A DNA stretch of 64,000 nucleotides from Nitrospinota bacterium. GTDB lineage: Bacteria > Nitrospinota > Nitrospinia > JACRGO01. Every line of letters begins with the position of its first letter. Within the stretch, counting starts at the first letter, position 1. A program made the translations under genes and the position numbers. The notes beneath the pieces are model-generated. The model was not told where the DNA came from. It did not search any database and saw nothing but the letters and a program-made list of their open reading frames with translations. The stretch is from the NCBI GenBank assembly GCA_016212295.1, contig JACRGO010000237.1, positions 215 through 64,214 of the forward strand, in the 5' to 3' direction. Positions 22,717 to 32,181 of the stretch are shown here, one piece after another.

Positions 22717-22879
22717 TAAAATTCGACCTTTATACTAGAATTTTCATGGGAAGTCAAATGGAAGGATAAAAGAAAACGAGGGAAAAACCCCTAAATATAT
22801 GTTTTAAAAAATATTTCCAGGCTTGGATTTATTTTAGTTTTTTTTTGTTGATTCTGAAAAATTTGTTATAATAAAAAAA

Positions 22880-23299
22880 ATGGCCATCATAACATCAATC
22901 ATAAACATTTCCACTCGTGGAATGTGCGATGTCCATGACATCACGCCCCAGGTTGATAAAATTTTGCGGGATGCCGGTCTTGATTCCGGAATTATTTGCG
23001 TCTTCGTTCCTGGCTCCACGGCAGGAATCACGAGCATTGAATATGAGCCGGGCATGGTGAACGATCTGAAAAAGGCCATTGAGAGGCTGGCGCCGTCTGA
23101 TATGCCATACGACCACGACGCAAGATGGGGCGACGGAAACGGATTTTCACACGTGAGGGCCTCCTTGATGGGCGCATCCTTTTCCATCCCTTTCTCCGGC
23201 AAAAAGATGCTTTTGGGGACGTGGCAGCAGGTGGTCCTGGTGGACTTCGATAACCGGCCTAGAAGGCGGGAAGTGGTGATACAGGTACATGGAGAATAA
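22880..23299 (+). CDS. YjbQ/UPF0047 family protein (secondary thiamine-phosphate synthase-like)
   Basis: 139 aa with the 'HVRASLMGASFSIPFSGKKMLLGTWQQVVLVDFDNRPRRR' signature of the YjbQ family. Confidence 0.8.
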   Translation: MAIITSIINISTRGMCDVHDITPQVDKILRDAGLDSGIICVFVPGSTAGITSIEYEPGMVNDLKKAIERLAPSDMPYDHDARWGDGNGFSHVRASLMGASFSIPFSGKKMLLGTWQQVVLVDFDNRPRRREVVIQVHGE

Positions 23300-23483
23300 T
23301 CAGGAAATTCACCAAAAGAAAAAATTCATCGGCATTCAATTCGAATGCTGCAACGTGTACCGCCGGATTTATGTGAACAAGGACAACACCGCTTATGCCG
23401 GCAATTGTCCAAAGTGCTTTCGGAAGGTATCGATCAGGATAGGAGAAGGCGGGACCAGCAACCGTTTTTTCAAGGCTATTTAA
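23289..23483 (+). CDS. small CxxC...CxxC zinc-ribbon-like hypothetical protein
   Basis: 64 aa with 'ECCNVY...NCPKCF'. It overlaps the yjbQ stop and lies directly upstream of lysC. It could equally be a non-coding leader. Confidence 0.25.
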   Translation: MENNQEIHQKKKFIGIQFECCNVYRRIYVNKDNTAYAGNCPKCFRKVSIRIGEGGTSNRFFKAI

Positions 23484-23493
23484 ACATTTCGAG

Positions 23494-24738
23494 GTGAAAA
23501 TGGCGTTAATCGTGCAAAAATACGGCGGCAGTTCGGTTGCCGACCCGGAAAAAATCAAGAACGTGGCCCAAAGGGTCATAAAGACCAAACAAGCTGGAAA
23601 CGACGTTGTTGTGGTGGTCTCCGCAATGGGAAAGACGACTGACAAGCTCATCGAACTGGCAAAGCAGATCACCCCTCTTCCCTCGGACCGGGAAATGGAC
23701 CGGCTCCTGGCAACAGGCGAGCACCAGTCCATAGCGCTTTTGAGCATGGCCATCCATCATTTTAACGAGAAGGCCATCTCCCTTTCCGGCGCTCAGATAG
23801 GACTAATAACCGACACGGCCCATACCAAGGCCAAGATAAAGGAGATCAAGGGCATCGAGCTTATCAAGGGCTATTGCAAAGAGGGAAACATAGTGGTTGT
23901 GGCCGGTTTCCAGGGAGTGACGGAAACCCAGGCCGTTGCGACCCTTGGAAGAGGCGGTTCCGACAGCACGGCGGTTGCCCTTGCGGCGGTCCTGAAGGCG
24001 GACGAGTGCGAAATTTATTCGGACGTTGACGGCATATACAGCGCCGACCCTAGGGTAGTGCCCAAGGCGCGAAAGTGGAATTATATAGGATATGACGAAA
24101 TGCTCTCAATGGCCAAACTGGGGTCCAAGGTGCTGTATCTGAGGTCCGTGGCCCTGGCAAAGAGATATAACGTGGCAATACACTCCAGGTCGACCTTTAC
24201 TCAAGGCGAAGGGACCAGGGTGATGGCGGAAAACAGAATCAAGGAGGAGGGAAAAATGGAGGAGGCGCTTGTAAGAGGAGTGACCCATGACCGCAACGTG
24301 GCCAAGATGACCATAGTCGGCATACCGGACAGGCCGGGCATAGCCGCCAGGGTCTTTGAGACCGTGGCGGAGAAAAACGTAAACCTCAACCTGGTGATCC
24401 AGAGCATCAGCGGGTCAAAGGAGGTCACCGACATATCCTTCACCTTTCCCAGGACCGATCTGCCGAAGATCGTGGACCCAATGGAAAAACTGGTCAAGGA
24501 GCTTGGCGGCCAGGGGCTGATTTACGACAGCGATTACGCGGCTGTTTCCGTTGTGGGGCTTGGGATTGTCGACACCCCCGGGGTCTCGGCCAGGATGTTC
24601 CGCTGTCTGGCCAACCTTGGCGTCAATATAGCCATGATCGGGACGTCGGACCTGACCATAACCTGCATCATCAAGGAAAACGAAGTGGAAAAAACCGCCA
24701 GGGCCCTGCACTCCGAGTTCGGTTTGGATTCGGATTAA
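23494..24738 (+). CDS. lysC: aspartate kinase
   Basis: 414 aa. The N-terminal 'IVQKYGGSSV' kinase motif is followed by two ACT domains. Confidence 0.9.
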   Translation: MKMALIVQKYGGSSVADPEKIKNVAQRVIKTKQAGNDVVVVVSAMGKTTDKLIELAKQITPLPSDREMDRLLATGEHQSIALLSMAIHHFNEKAISLSGAQIGLITDTAHTKAKIKEIKGIELIKGYCKEGNIVVVAGFQGVTETQAVATLGRGGSDSTAVALAAVLKADECEIYSDVDGIYSADPRVVPKARKWNYIGYDEMLSMAKLGSKVLYLRSVALAKRYNVAIHSRSTFTQGEGTRVMAENRIKEEGKMEEALVRGVTHDRNVAKMTIVGIPDRPGIAARVFETVAEKNVNLNLVIQSISGSKEVTDISFTFPRTDLPKIVDPMEKLVKELGGQGLIYDSDYAAVSVVGLGIVDTPGVSARMFRCLANLGVNIAMIGTSDLTITCIIKENEVEKTARALHSEFGLDSD

Positions 24739-24916
24739 GGGACTTGGAATTTAACAATAAACCAGGACACGAAGAGAAAAGATTCATTTCTTTCCGCGAG
24801 GAGTGATTCCCTGTAGTCATTAAGTTTTCCTTCGTGATCTTTGCGCCTTTGTGTGAGACCATATTTTTAATGGGTCTTATTCGTGTGTTTCGTGAATTTC
24901 GTGTTTAAGGATTTTA

Positions 24917-25187
24917 AATATCTGGGGTATGCACTTAACTTGAGTAGGTGCCATATATTGTGGGTGACGATGAAAAATATCGGACTTTATCCGAACTCTG
25001 ATTTTCATGGGCGTAAAGCGCATTTTAAACCCCTCAAAGCAGCAACTGGTTGTTTTTTTCTGCGAAACCCAAGAATAAAGCATGTAAATTTAAAAAAAAT
25101 TCAATGAAACCTGCGTGGAAGCTTTAGAATAAGAAACACCACATATTGTGTTTACTCAAATCAAGTGCATACCCCAGTTAAATATTT
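24917..25187. mobile_element. MITE-like element with roughly 50-bp imperfect terminal inverted repeats
   Basis: The left arm 'aaatatctggggtatgcacttaacttgagta...' (24917-24968) is the reverse complement of the right arm '...tactcaaatcaagtgcataccccagttaaatattt' (25139-25187) at about 80 % identity. There is no coding capacity. Confidence 0.6.
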
Positions 25188-25559
25188 TGAAATGAAATAA
25201 CTTTTTCTCTCGTTCCCAGGACTCGCTATGATAAAAGGCTTTGGACGGAAGTTTTTCAAAGATCTAAAATGTTGCGAATTTTTGTATTTTACCTTCCCTG
25301 GTTCTCAATAACTTGACGACCTGAACTTATCGCCCTTCTGCGGGCTTTAAAGAATTGAGCAGCGAACATCCTACCAATATCGTTCAAGCCCTGTAAAGGC
25401 GATACAATGAAGGGCAGAGAGCTTTCCCCTTTATATGGCATATTAGTATTTAGAAAAATATAATGATAATAAGCAGATATGCCAATAATCATTCGTGGGT
25501 ATTTGCGTGTATTGACCAAACCAAAACTTTGTGCTAGCATTTTCTAACTGTCTAATAAC

Positions 25560-26200
25560 TTGGAGGAGAGTACTCACATGTCCAAGAAAGATATTCGCAA
25601 GTTTTGCGATAATTACAAGAGGCTTGAAAATAACGGGACATATCGATGGAAGATTCTCGACGAGACGCTACTTGGAATATGTGACGCATACCCTTCCCAT
25701 ACGTCTGCTGACGAAGTCTTTTCTAAGGTCGCCCTCATAAATCGCAGCTATCGCGCTAACCTACACTTCACAGGTAAAGATACTGAGGAAAAAATTGCGA
25801 AGGCATTTGTGAAAAAGGGCCTCGACAAAGTGCTTGCCCCCTAAATAGCATAACTGCATTAACAGCCGAAAGCCTGCCCACGTTGGTAAGAGCACATGGC
25901 AGTGTTGTCAGTATTGTGAAAGATGTCACAAGTCGGATTCACAACTCCTTCGCATCAAAGTATCTTCACTTTCATTTTCCGCGCGTCGTTCCCATATTTG
26001 ATAAATTCGCTTACAATGAATCATGGCGACTGGCTCCAGTGCCGAAAAACGAGTGGCAAAGGTGGAGCAATTTAATAAACTATAATTACGGAACTCATTG
26101 TACATCTGTAGTCGCCTTACTCACTGAGCTAAAGGCTAATGGGGTCAATTCGCCGAACATCAAATTGATAGATATACTGCTCTATGAAGGGATTGGCTAA
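25560..26200 (+). CDS. hypothetical protein(s) in AT-rich islet, two ORFs possibly one frameshifted gene
   Basis: ORFs 25560..25844 (94 aa) and 25883..26200 (105 aa, TTG start) are in different frames. The second frame stays open upstream across the junction, which is compatible with a single roughly 210-aa product broken by a frameshift. No recognisable family. Confidence 0.3.
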
Positions 26201-26360
26201 CCAGTTGACCCTTCGGTTCCTCCGCACTGTTTCGCTTCGTCGCCGAAGGTGGCTTGCGAACCAGGCGTTAGAAACAGGCCGCCAGCCGGGCTGTCAAGCC
26301 TGCGGCTTGACGCCCGCTTGTCGGCGGCTCAACGCCGCATTAAGTGTTTTGGAGCCGTCA
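26184..26360 (+). other. GC-rich, hairpin-dense leader element upstream of the DUF3800-like gene
   Basis: About 65 % GC in a roughly 35 % GC context. Nested stems include ccttcgg...ccgaagg and gtcaagcc-tgc-ggcttgac. The ORF-track translation here reads as nonsense. Confidence 0.4.
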
Positions 26361-27269
26361 ATGAATCAAGTTATTTTTGTTATGGACGAATCGGGGGCAA
26401 AGGGCTACTCCGACAACATTGAAAGCACGCCAGGTGAGCTTGGTGTAATGGCTGGCTATCTCATTCCAATCGACTGTTTGAGTTTGGTTAAAAGTGAGTT
26501 AGATGCAATTCGATCAAATTTTTTTTCAGAAGGAAAAATTCACATTACAGACTTGCTCCCGCAGCAGGAAGAATTACGAAAAAACATATTTGATTACTTC
26601 CTCCAAAGGAAAATATATTGGGTTTACGAAGCCGCCTATGTCCAAGGTTATTTTGAAAATGCCGATTTTCTTAATCAGCTAAACAAGAAAGCCCATGACT
26701 CAAGACGATCAAATATACAAGTGTCATGGAAGGAAACAAAAGAGCTTCTTCATTCCGAGCTATTTCAAGGAGCCTTCGGGAAGGCTTTAGCATTTTGCCT
26801 AGATTACGTAGGTAGACCATTCGAGCTCAGAGTCATTACCGACCGAACGGATAACTCAATCATTAAAAAATTTCAGAGCGAAGCCGACGCCCTCCTATCT
26901 GTGGGAAAAGAAAAAATCCACGAAACTACGGGCTTCAATAAAAAAACGAAGCAGATTGTAAGGGGAAGCATTGCAACAAAGGTTTCTGCTGACACAGATG
27001 CAATCGGAGATTTTTCTGGCATTACATATTCCATTGCTTGCGAAGACTCTTCTCTTACCCTTGCCGCCGATGTGCTAGTAAACAGCGCCCATTATCACCT
27101 TAAATTACTGCAATCAGAGAGTACTGGAGTTGCTCTCAATGTTGCATCCTCAATCTCTAATCACCAACTGAGTAGCTTGGTGTACGGGGCATGGGACAAT
27201 ACGGAAGGAAATTATTTTGCTGATGCCATATTTATGCACCCCACGCAAAAGAGCAGAGACAACACCTAA
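26361..27269 (+). CDS. DUF3800-like protein
   Basis: A likely true start ATG at 26361 has GGAG 10 nt upstream. The N-terminus 'MNQVIFVMDESGAKGY' matches the hallmark 'iYiDESG' motif of DUF3800 proteins. The gene is AT-rich. Confidence 0.5.
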   Translation: MNQVIFVMDESGAKGYSDNIESTPGELGVMAGYLIPIDCLSLVKSELDAIRSNFFSEGKIHITDLLPQQEELRKNIFDYFLQRKIYWVYEAAYVQGYFENADFLNQLNKKAHDSRRSNIQVSWKETKELLHSELFQGAFGKALAFCLDYVGRPFELRVITDRTDNSIIKKFQSEADALLSVGKEKIHETTGFNKKTKQIVRGSIATKVSADTDAIGDFSGITYSIACEDSSLTLAADVLVNSAHYHLKLLQSESTGVALNVASSISNHQLSSLVYGAWDNTEGNYFADAIFMHPTQKSRDNT

Positions 27270-27849
27270 CCTTACATTCAAGAGGGACAGGCCAGAAGCG
27301 GCCTGCCCCTCAATTTAACGTTAGGCATACGCTCTACCTATGGTACGAAGCGCGCTATAATTGCTTCATTAGTTTTGAATGGAGTCAGATCATGAACACA
27401 CAACTCTTATACATAAGGACGATATTCCTACATATTCTTTTGGGTCCTTCATTGCACGCGGCGGCGACATCTTGGACGGCTGGAATCTCCTTCTCAGAGA
27501 CGGCCCCAAGAAGGTTCACGGCGGGCTTGTCATTGTTCAAAGCGATACGCCGCATTTCATTCTTGACCTCCTCGTAGGCATCCACGCTGCAAACGACTCA
27601 CAGCAGACTGGGTCGGATTCATCGTTCAACGCCGTGAAAGCAGTGACGAGCCAGGGGCCACCGGCCCTCTCCGCGTCGACCCTTAGGAAAAAGAGGTGGC
27701 TACAGTTTTGGAAATAACCATGCCGGGCGCAATGGCATGCGGTCAAATGACGGAATGGTAAAGGGGTCAGAGGTTTGCAAGATCACATTATTTTGCCTCG
27801 TTGCCGAAACGCACACAATGTGTTAATCTCTTAATTTTGGAGGAGAGAA

Positions 27850-28128
27850 ATGAAAGCTAAATTAACTAAAGAAGAACAAGAAATATTGGGCAGTTTTGAA
27901 AAAGGAGAGTGGGTCCCGGTCAAGGACCTTTCAAAAAGAAAAGCCGAGCTAATGAGGTATGCAAGAAACACGTTAAAAAAAGACAAAAGACTAAACATAA
28001 GAATTTCCGAAAGAGACTTGACTGAATTGCGGAAAAAGGCGGTAAGCGAGGGATTGCCTTATCAGACATATGTTTCCAGTATAATTCATAAATTTGTCAG
28101 CGGCAGGCTGGTAGAGGCAAAAAATTAA
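27850..28128 (+). CDS. ribbon-helix-helix antitoxin (BrnA/CopG-like), orphan
   Basis: 92 aa. The 'KRLNIRISERDLTELRKKAVSEGLPYQTYVSSIIHKFV' segment is typical of BrnA-type antitoxins. No cognate BrnT-like toxin ORF is recognisable nearby. Confidence 0.65.
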   Translation: MKAKLTKEEQEILGSFEKGEWVPVKDLSKRKAELMRYARNTLKKDKRLNIRISERDLTELRKKAVSEGLPYQTYVSSIIHKFVSGRLVEAKN

Positions 28129-28340
28129 ACCGCCAACAAATCGCTCAACACCGGTGCCCATTACGCTCCGCTTCATTCGCACGGGTTAGCCAATCAGTTA
28201 TTTTCTGCCGCCCACTTTGGGGCTTAAATCTTTTTATTCCAGTTCCGGGGGCTGACGCCCCCGGCTATACGCTTTCGGCCCTCCGGGCCTAAAAAACATG
28301 CTGGAACAGCCTCACTGACTTATGGGTCAATAGGCATTTT

Positions 28341-28556
28341 CTAAACAAGTCTTTTTAAATCTTCAATAGAAAGATCAATTTTTTTTAGGATATTGTGCAG
28401 TGTCCCTTTTTTAAGCTCCTTATGGTTTGGGACCACAACCGAGATATTTTTTTCGAGGTTGTGAAGAAAAATATGGCTTCCTCTTTGGTGGTCCACCGTG
28501 TACCCTATTCTGTGTAGAGCTTTAACCACTTGCCTCCCGGAAAAGGTTTTGCTCAA
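28341..28556 (-). CDS. hicA: HicA-family mRNA interferase toxin
   Basis: 71 aa. The '[24 protein letters not shown]...[14 protein letters not shown]' segment matches the HicA/YcfA fold signature. Confidence 0.85.
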   Translation of the reverse strand: MSKTFSGRQVVKALHRIGYTVDHQRGSHIFLHNLEKNISVVVPNHKELKKGTLHNILKKIDLSIEDLKRLV

Positions 28557-28768
28557 ATCGTTACCTCGATTTCGCTGACGCTGACTCCCGGCCTTGTTTT
28601 TATTTCATTAAGCTTTTCAAGTCCCTCAAGATAACACAATATTGCTTCCTTGGCATTTTCAAGCGCCTGCTCAGTGGTTTCACCTTGGGTAAAGCATCCA
28701 TCAAGGGCAGGAACCGAAACCGTAAAACCTCCTTCGACTGCGCTTTCCAAAACAACGCTGAATTTCAT
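28553..28768 (-). CDS. hicB: HicB-family antitoxin (UPF0150-type, short form)
   Basis: It starts at MKFSVV (the second Met of the ORF). The '[30 protein letters not shown]' segment is the HicB N-domain signature. It overlaps hicA by 4 nt. Confidence 0.8.
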   Translation of the reverse strand: MKFSVVLESAVEGGFTVSVPALDGCFTQGETTEQALENAKEAILCYLEGLEKLNEIKTRPGVSVSEIEVTI

Positions 28769-29457
28769 CCGGCAAACCCTCCTTTTTCCCATTTCGTTTT
28801 TGCATTCGTGAAAATATTATTCCCAATTTCAGGGAAAGTCAATAGGAAATTTGCGGTAACACTTTAGCTGTTACTCTCGCTCCCAGTGTCCTCCCTGGGA
28901 GCGTCCGAGCTAAGATGCTTTTCACCTCAACTTTTTAAAAAATTATAATCATAACAATTTGTCTCTGCATTGCAAAATAGTCATGACAATTTGTCATTTG
29001 AATAACAATTTGTTATGATTTTTCCATGAAAAAGAGAGTTTGTGAAAGACATATCATTATGGGACAAAATAGAGTATCTGAATTACGACTCCACCAAGGA
29101 CAGGAAAATCTTTTTGGAGGAAAGATAAGTTTAAAAATTGGAAAAATAAGGTCAAGGGTATATACGATATTTATTTTCACAATAGACTGCATATCGATTC
29201 CGTCCAACTCGTTCTCAATTTGAGAAAAAACCTCCAATACGGGATAGCCAATGCCTTCCCGTTCCCGTTTTTTTAAACTCCCTTTCCTGCTAAACCGGCC
29301 AGGGGCCGGGACCCAAAAGGGCTTCCGCCATGATGCCCATAAAATGTTTTAGCCGCGAAAAAAGGATATCTTGCGAACACAGGGTCTAACAGATGACGCG
29401 GATTGACACGAATTTCCGAACGTAATAATATCAATATCTTGAACGCCAAATTTCACC

Positions 29458-30873
29458 GTGATTCCATCATGGATTTTTGGTTTTAACCCTTCAGCCCTTA
29501 GCCCTTTGCCTTTCGCCTTCAGCCCTTCGCCTGGAAAAGCCTTCCTTTTCTTGGCTTTGATTTTTGGTACCGCCTTTTGTCTGATAACCCCTCCATTTCA
29601 GGCTGTTGACGAGGAATTCCATTTCTTTCGCGCTTACCAGTTGTCCGAAGGGGCGGTTTTGTCCGAGGTGGTTGAGGGCAAGGCCGGACACAGGCTTCCC
29701 AAAAGTATTGAGGACTCCATCTCCTTAACCAAAAATTTACAGCGCCACCCGGACAAAAAATACGGCATTGATACGGCCTTGGCCGAGTTTCATATACCGC
29801 TCAATGAAAAAGACAAGAATTTTGTACCCTTCCCTAACTCAGCGGTCTACAGTCCGGTCCCATATCTCCCGCAAGCAATTGGGATTTTCATTGGAAGATT
29901 TTTCCAGTTGCCGCCCGTTTTTTTGGTCTTTCCGGGCCGTTTTTTAAACCTGCTTGCATGGACTTTGCTGGTATATAACGCCATAAAGGCGGCACCTGTT
30001 TTAAAATGGTTCTTCTTCGCGCTTTCGCTCATGCCAATGACGATCTTCACCGCCGCTTCCTTGTCCGCTGACGCGGCAACGATAGGATTGGCTTTCCTTC
30101 TGACCGCCACGGTCCTGAATTTAGTGTTCGTGAAAAAAACTATCAGCGCGCCTGAAATGGCCAGGCTGCTTATTTTAACCGCGCTCCTGTCGCTGTCCAA
30201 GCAAATTTACGTCACCCTGGCTTTAATGGTCTTCATTGTTCCAAGCGAGAAATTCAAATCAAAAAAAACTTATTTCCTTTTCATGGCCGGGCTGCTGATT
30301 TTAAATCTGGCCGTGAACATCGCGTGGACTTTTCAGGTGAAGGGCTATCTGAATTATGAGAACGGAGCGGCCGGGGGAGAGCAAATACGTTTTATTCTTC
30401 AAAATATTTTCAGTTATCTTTGGATTGTTTCATGCACGTTTTTAAACGAACTTCGTTTTTATCTGGTTTCCCTGGTAGGCATATTAGGGTGGTACGACAC
30501 TCATTTCCCCAGTTGGTTTTACTTCTCGTTCCTGCTTATACTGTTGCTGTCCCTGCTTTTTGAAAACAGCGGCGATATTTATTTTAACGCCCGGCAAAAA
30601 ATCATATTGATTTTAGTTCCCTGCTCCTGCCTCCTGCTGAACTACACGGCTATTTATGTGACCTTTAATCCAGTGGGCAGCCAGGGAATAACGGGCATGC
30701 AGGGCAGGTACTTCATCCCGTTGGTTCCCATGTTGTCCCTGGCGGCTGTTTCAAAAAGGCCCTTGTTTTCCGGTAAACTAACAACCGCCTTTCATGTGGC
30801 GCTGTTGATTCTGTCTCCGCTCTGGCTGGCCTTCACTTGCTTTGTTTTGGTCCAGAGATTTTATATAATCTAA
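29458..30873 (+). CDS. polytopic membrane protein (DUF2142-like)
   Basis: 471 aa with at least 10 predicted TM helices. A periplasmic loop with 'DEEFHFFRAYQL' resembles the DUF2142/GT-C-like family. Confidence 0.55.
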   Translation: MIPSWIFGFNPSALSPLPFAFSPSPGKAFLFLALIFGTAFCLITPPFQAVDEEFHFFRAYQLSEGAVLSEVVEGKAGHRLPKSIEDSISLTKNLQRHPDKKYGIDTALAEFHIPLNEKDKNFVPFPNSAVYSPVPYLPQAIGIFIGRFFQLPPVFLVFPGRFLNLLAWTLLVYNAIKAAPVLKWFFFALSLMPMTIFTAASLSADAATIGLAFLLTATVLNLVFVKKTISAPEMARLLILTALLSLSKQIYVTLALMVFIVPSEKFKSKKTYFLFMAGLLILNLAVNIAWTFQVKGYLNYENGAAGGEQIRFILQNIFSYLWIVSCTFLNELRFYLVSLVGILGWYDTHFPSWFYFSFLLILLLSLLFENSGDIYFNARQKIILILVPCSCLLLNYTAIYVTFNPVGSQGITGMQGRYFIPLVPMLSLAAVSKRPLFSGKLTTAFHVALLILSPLWLAFTCFVLVQRFYII

Positions 30874-30949
30874 CCCCTGCTATCATGTGGAAAGGCTCTC
30901 CAGGCATGACGCCAAGACCTTCGCCCTTGAAAGAAATCTCAATCCATTT

Positions 30950-31942
30950 ATGAAAACGCCGCAACTAAAAATTTTCCACTGCTTTCTTCTGGCTCTTTTA
31001 CTTTTTGCTTGCGCCACTACGTCAGCTCAAAAAGATGCTGCCGTGAAGCCAGACCCGGCAAAGGAACTGTTTCTTGCCGGCAGAACGCTCTTCCAGGAAG
31101 GAAAGCCAAAGGAGGCGCTCGTAAAATTTGAAGAGTCCCTGAAAATTTGCGAAACGGACAGCATCAAGTCCTGCATGGCGGACAATCTCTACCTTATGGG
31201 ATTGTCGCATGCGACTTTGGCGGACCCGGAACAGGCGCCGGCTTTCCTTCAAAGGGCAGAGGGACTATATAAGGAATCGGGAAATGAAGCGGCGCTTGCG
31301 GCGGCGCTGAACGCCTTGGGGAAAATATACGTGGACAGGAATGAGTTTGCCATTGCGCTGCAATATTTCAACCAGTCCCTTGAAATAGACAACAGGATCA
31401 ACAATTCCTCAGGGGCCGCCGGCACATACAATAACATCGGAAAAATATATTACAAGAGAGGGGACTACGCCAAGGCATTGGATTATTATAACAAGGCCCT
31501 GGATTTCTTTGTTTCCACCGGCAATGCCGGCCGCTCCAAGGTGGTCCTGCTCAATATACGCATGGCTGAAAAAGAGATGCTGGAAAGGGAGGGGAATAAA
31601 GAGGCCGGCGCCAAGGAAGGGCCGTCATTGGACAAGGAAGAGTCCGTTGCGAAGCCTCTGGAAGCCGGGCGACAGGAAGATCAAGTTTCAGAAGTTCCAA
31701 CGAACGTGGAAAAAAAAGAAAACATCCAGCACGTTGAAATTACCATCCTCGCCAATTTATTGAATTTATACCAAGCCCCTTCAGCGGGGTCCATGGTAGT
31801 AGCCAGGGTTTTAAAGGGGGGGGCATACAAAACCCTCGATTATGTCCATGATGAAAAGTCAAGAGAATCCTTCTTCAGGATTCAGTTAAAAAACGGCAAG
31901 ACAGGCTGGATCCGCGAGCGGGAAAACAAAGGAGGAAATTAG
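30950..31942 (+). CDS. TPR-repeat lipoprotein with C-terminal SH3b-like domain
   Basis: It has a signal peptide plus lipobox ('LLLFACATTSA'), several TPR units and a C-terminal 'KNGKTGWIRE' SH3b-like segment. Confidence 0.65.
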   Translation: MKTPQLKIFHCFLLALLLFACATTSAQKDAAVKPDPAKELFLAGRTLFQEGKPKEALVKFEESLKICETDSIKSCMADNLYLMGLSHATLADPEQAPAFLQRAEGLYKESGNEAALAAALNALGKIYVDRNEFAIALQYFNQSLEIDNRINNSSGAAGTYNNIGKIYYKRGDYAKALDYYNKALDFFVSTGNAGRSKVVLLNIRMAEKEMLEREGNKEAGAKEGPSLDKEESVAKPLEAGRQEDQVSEVPTNVEKKENIQHVEITILANLLNLYQAPSAGSMVVARVLKGGAYKTLDYVHDEKSRESFFRIQLKNGKTGWIRERENKGGN

Positions 31943-32181
31943 GCGAAGGGCTGAAGGCAAAGGGCTAAGGGCCGATCCACTAATAATTCATATGAACGTT
32001 AATTTTCACACTGTGTTGAAGCAAGGCTAATATTTCCTGGTCCCTGACACCTGTGAACTATTACCAATCCACGATTTCAGAATGTGCAAGAAAAACCGCC
32101 GGCGATATGTGGCATTATAAAACCTAGCCAAAAATATTTGAAATTCTCAGAATAGGCGAGTAAGTATCTAAGGCTTCATGA

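Noticed and set aside
23300-23493. Lysine riboswitch (L-box) upstream of lysC
   Set aside because: The conserved L-box helices and motifs are not recognisable. The region instead carries a small CxxC ORF.
26184-26360. Integron attC site (a GCTCAAC inverse-core-like heptamer is present)
   Set aside because: No properly spaced GTTRRRY core site, no intI, and no cassette-array context.
27379-27717. BrnT-like toxin partner for the BrnA-like antitoxin
   Set aside because: None of the six frames shows the DUF497/BrnT signature. The region looks like a GC-rich foreign relic.
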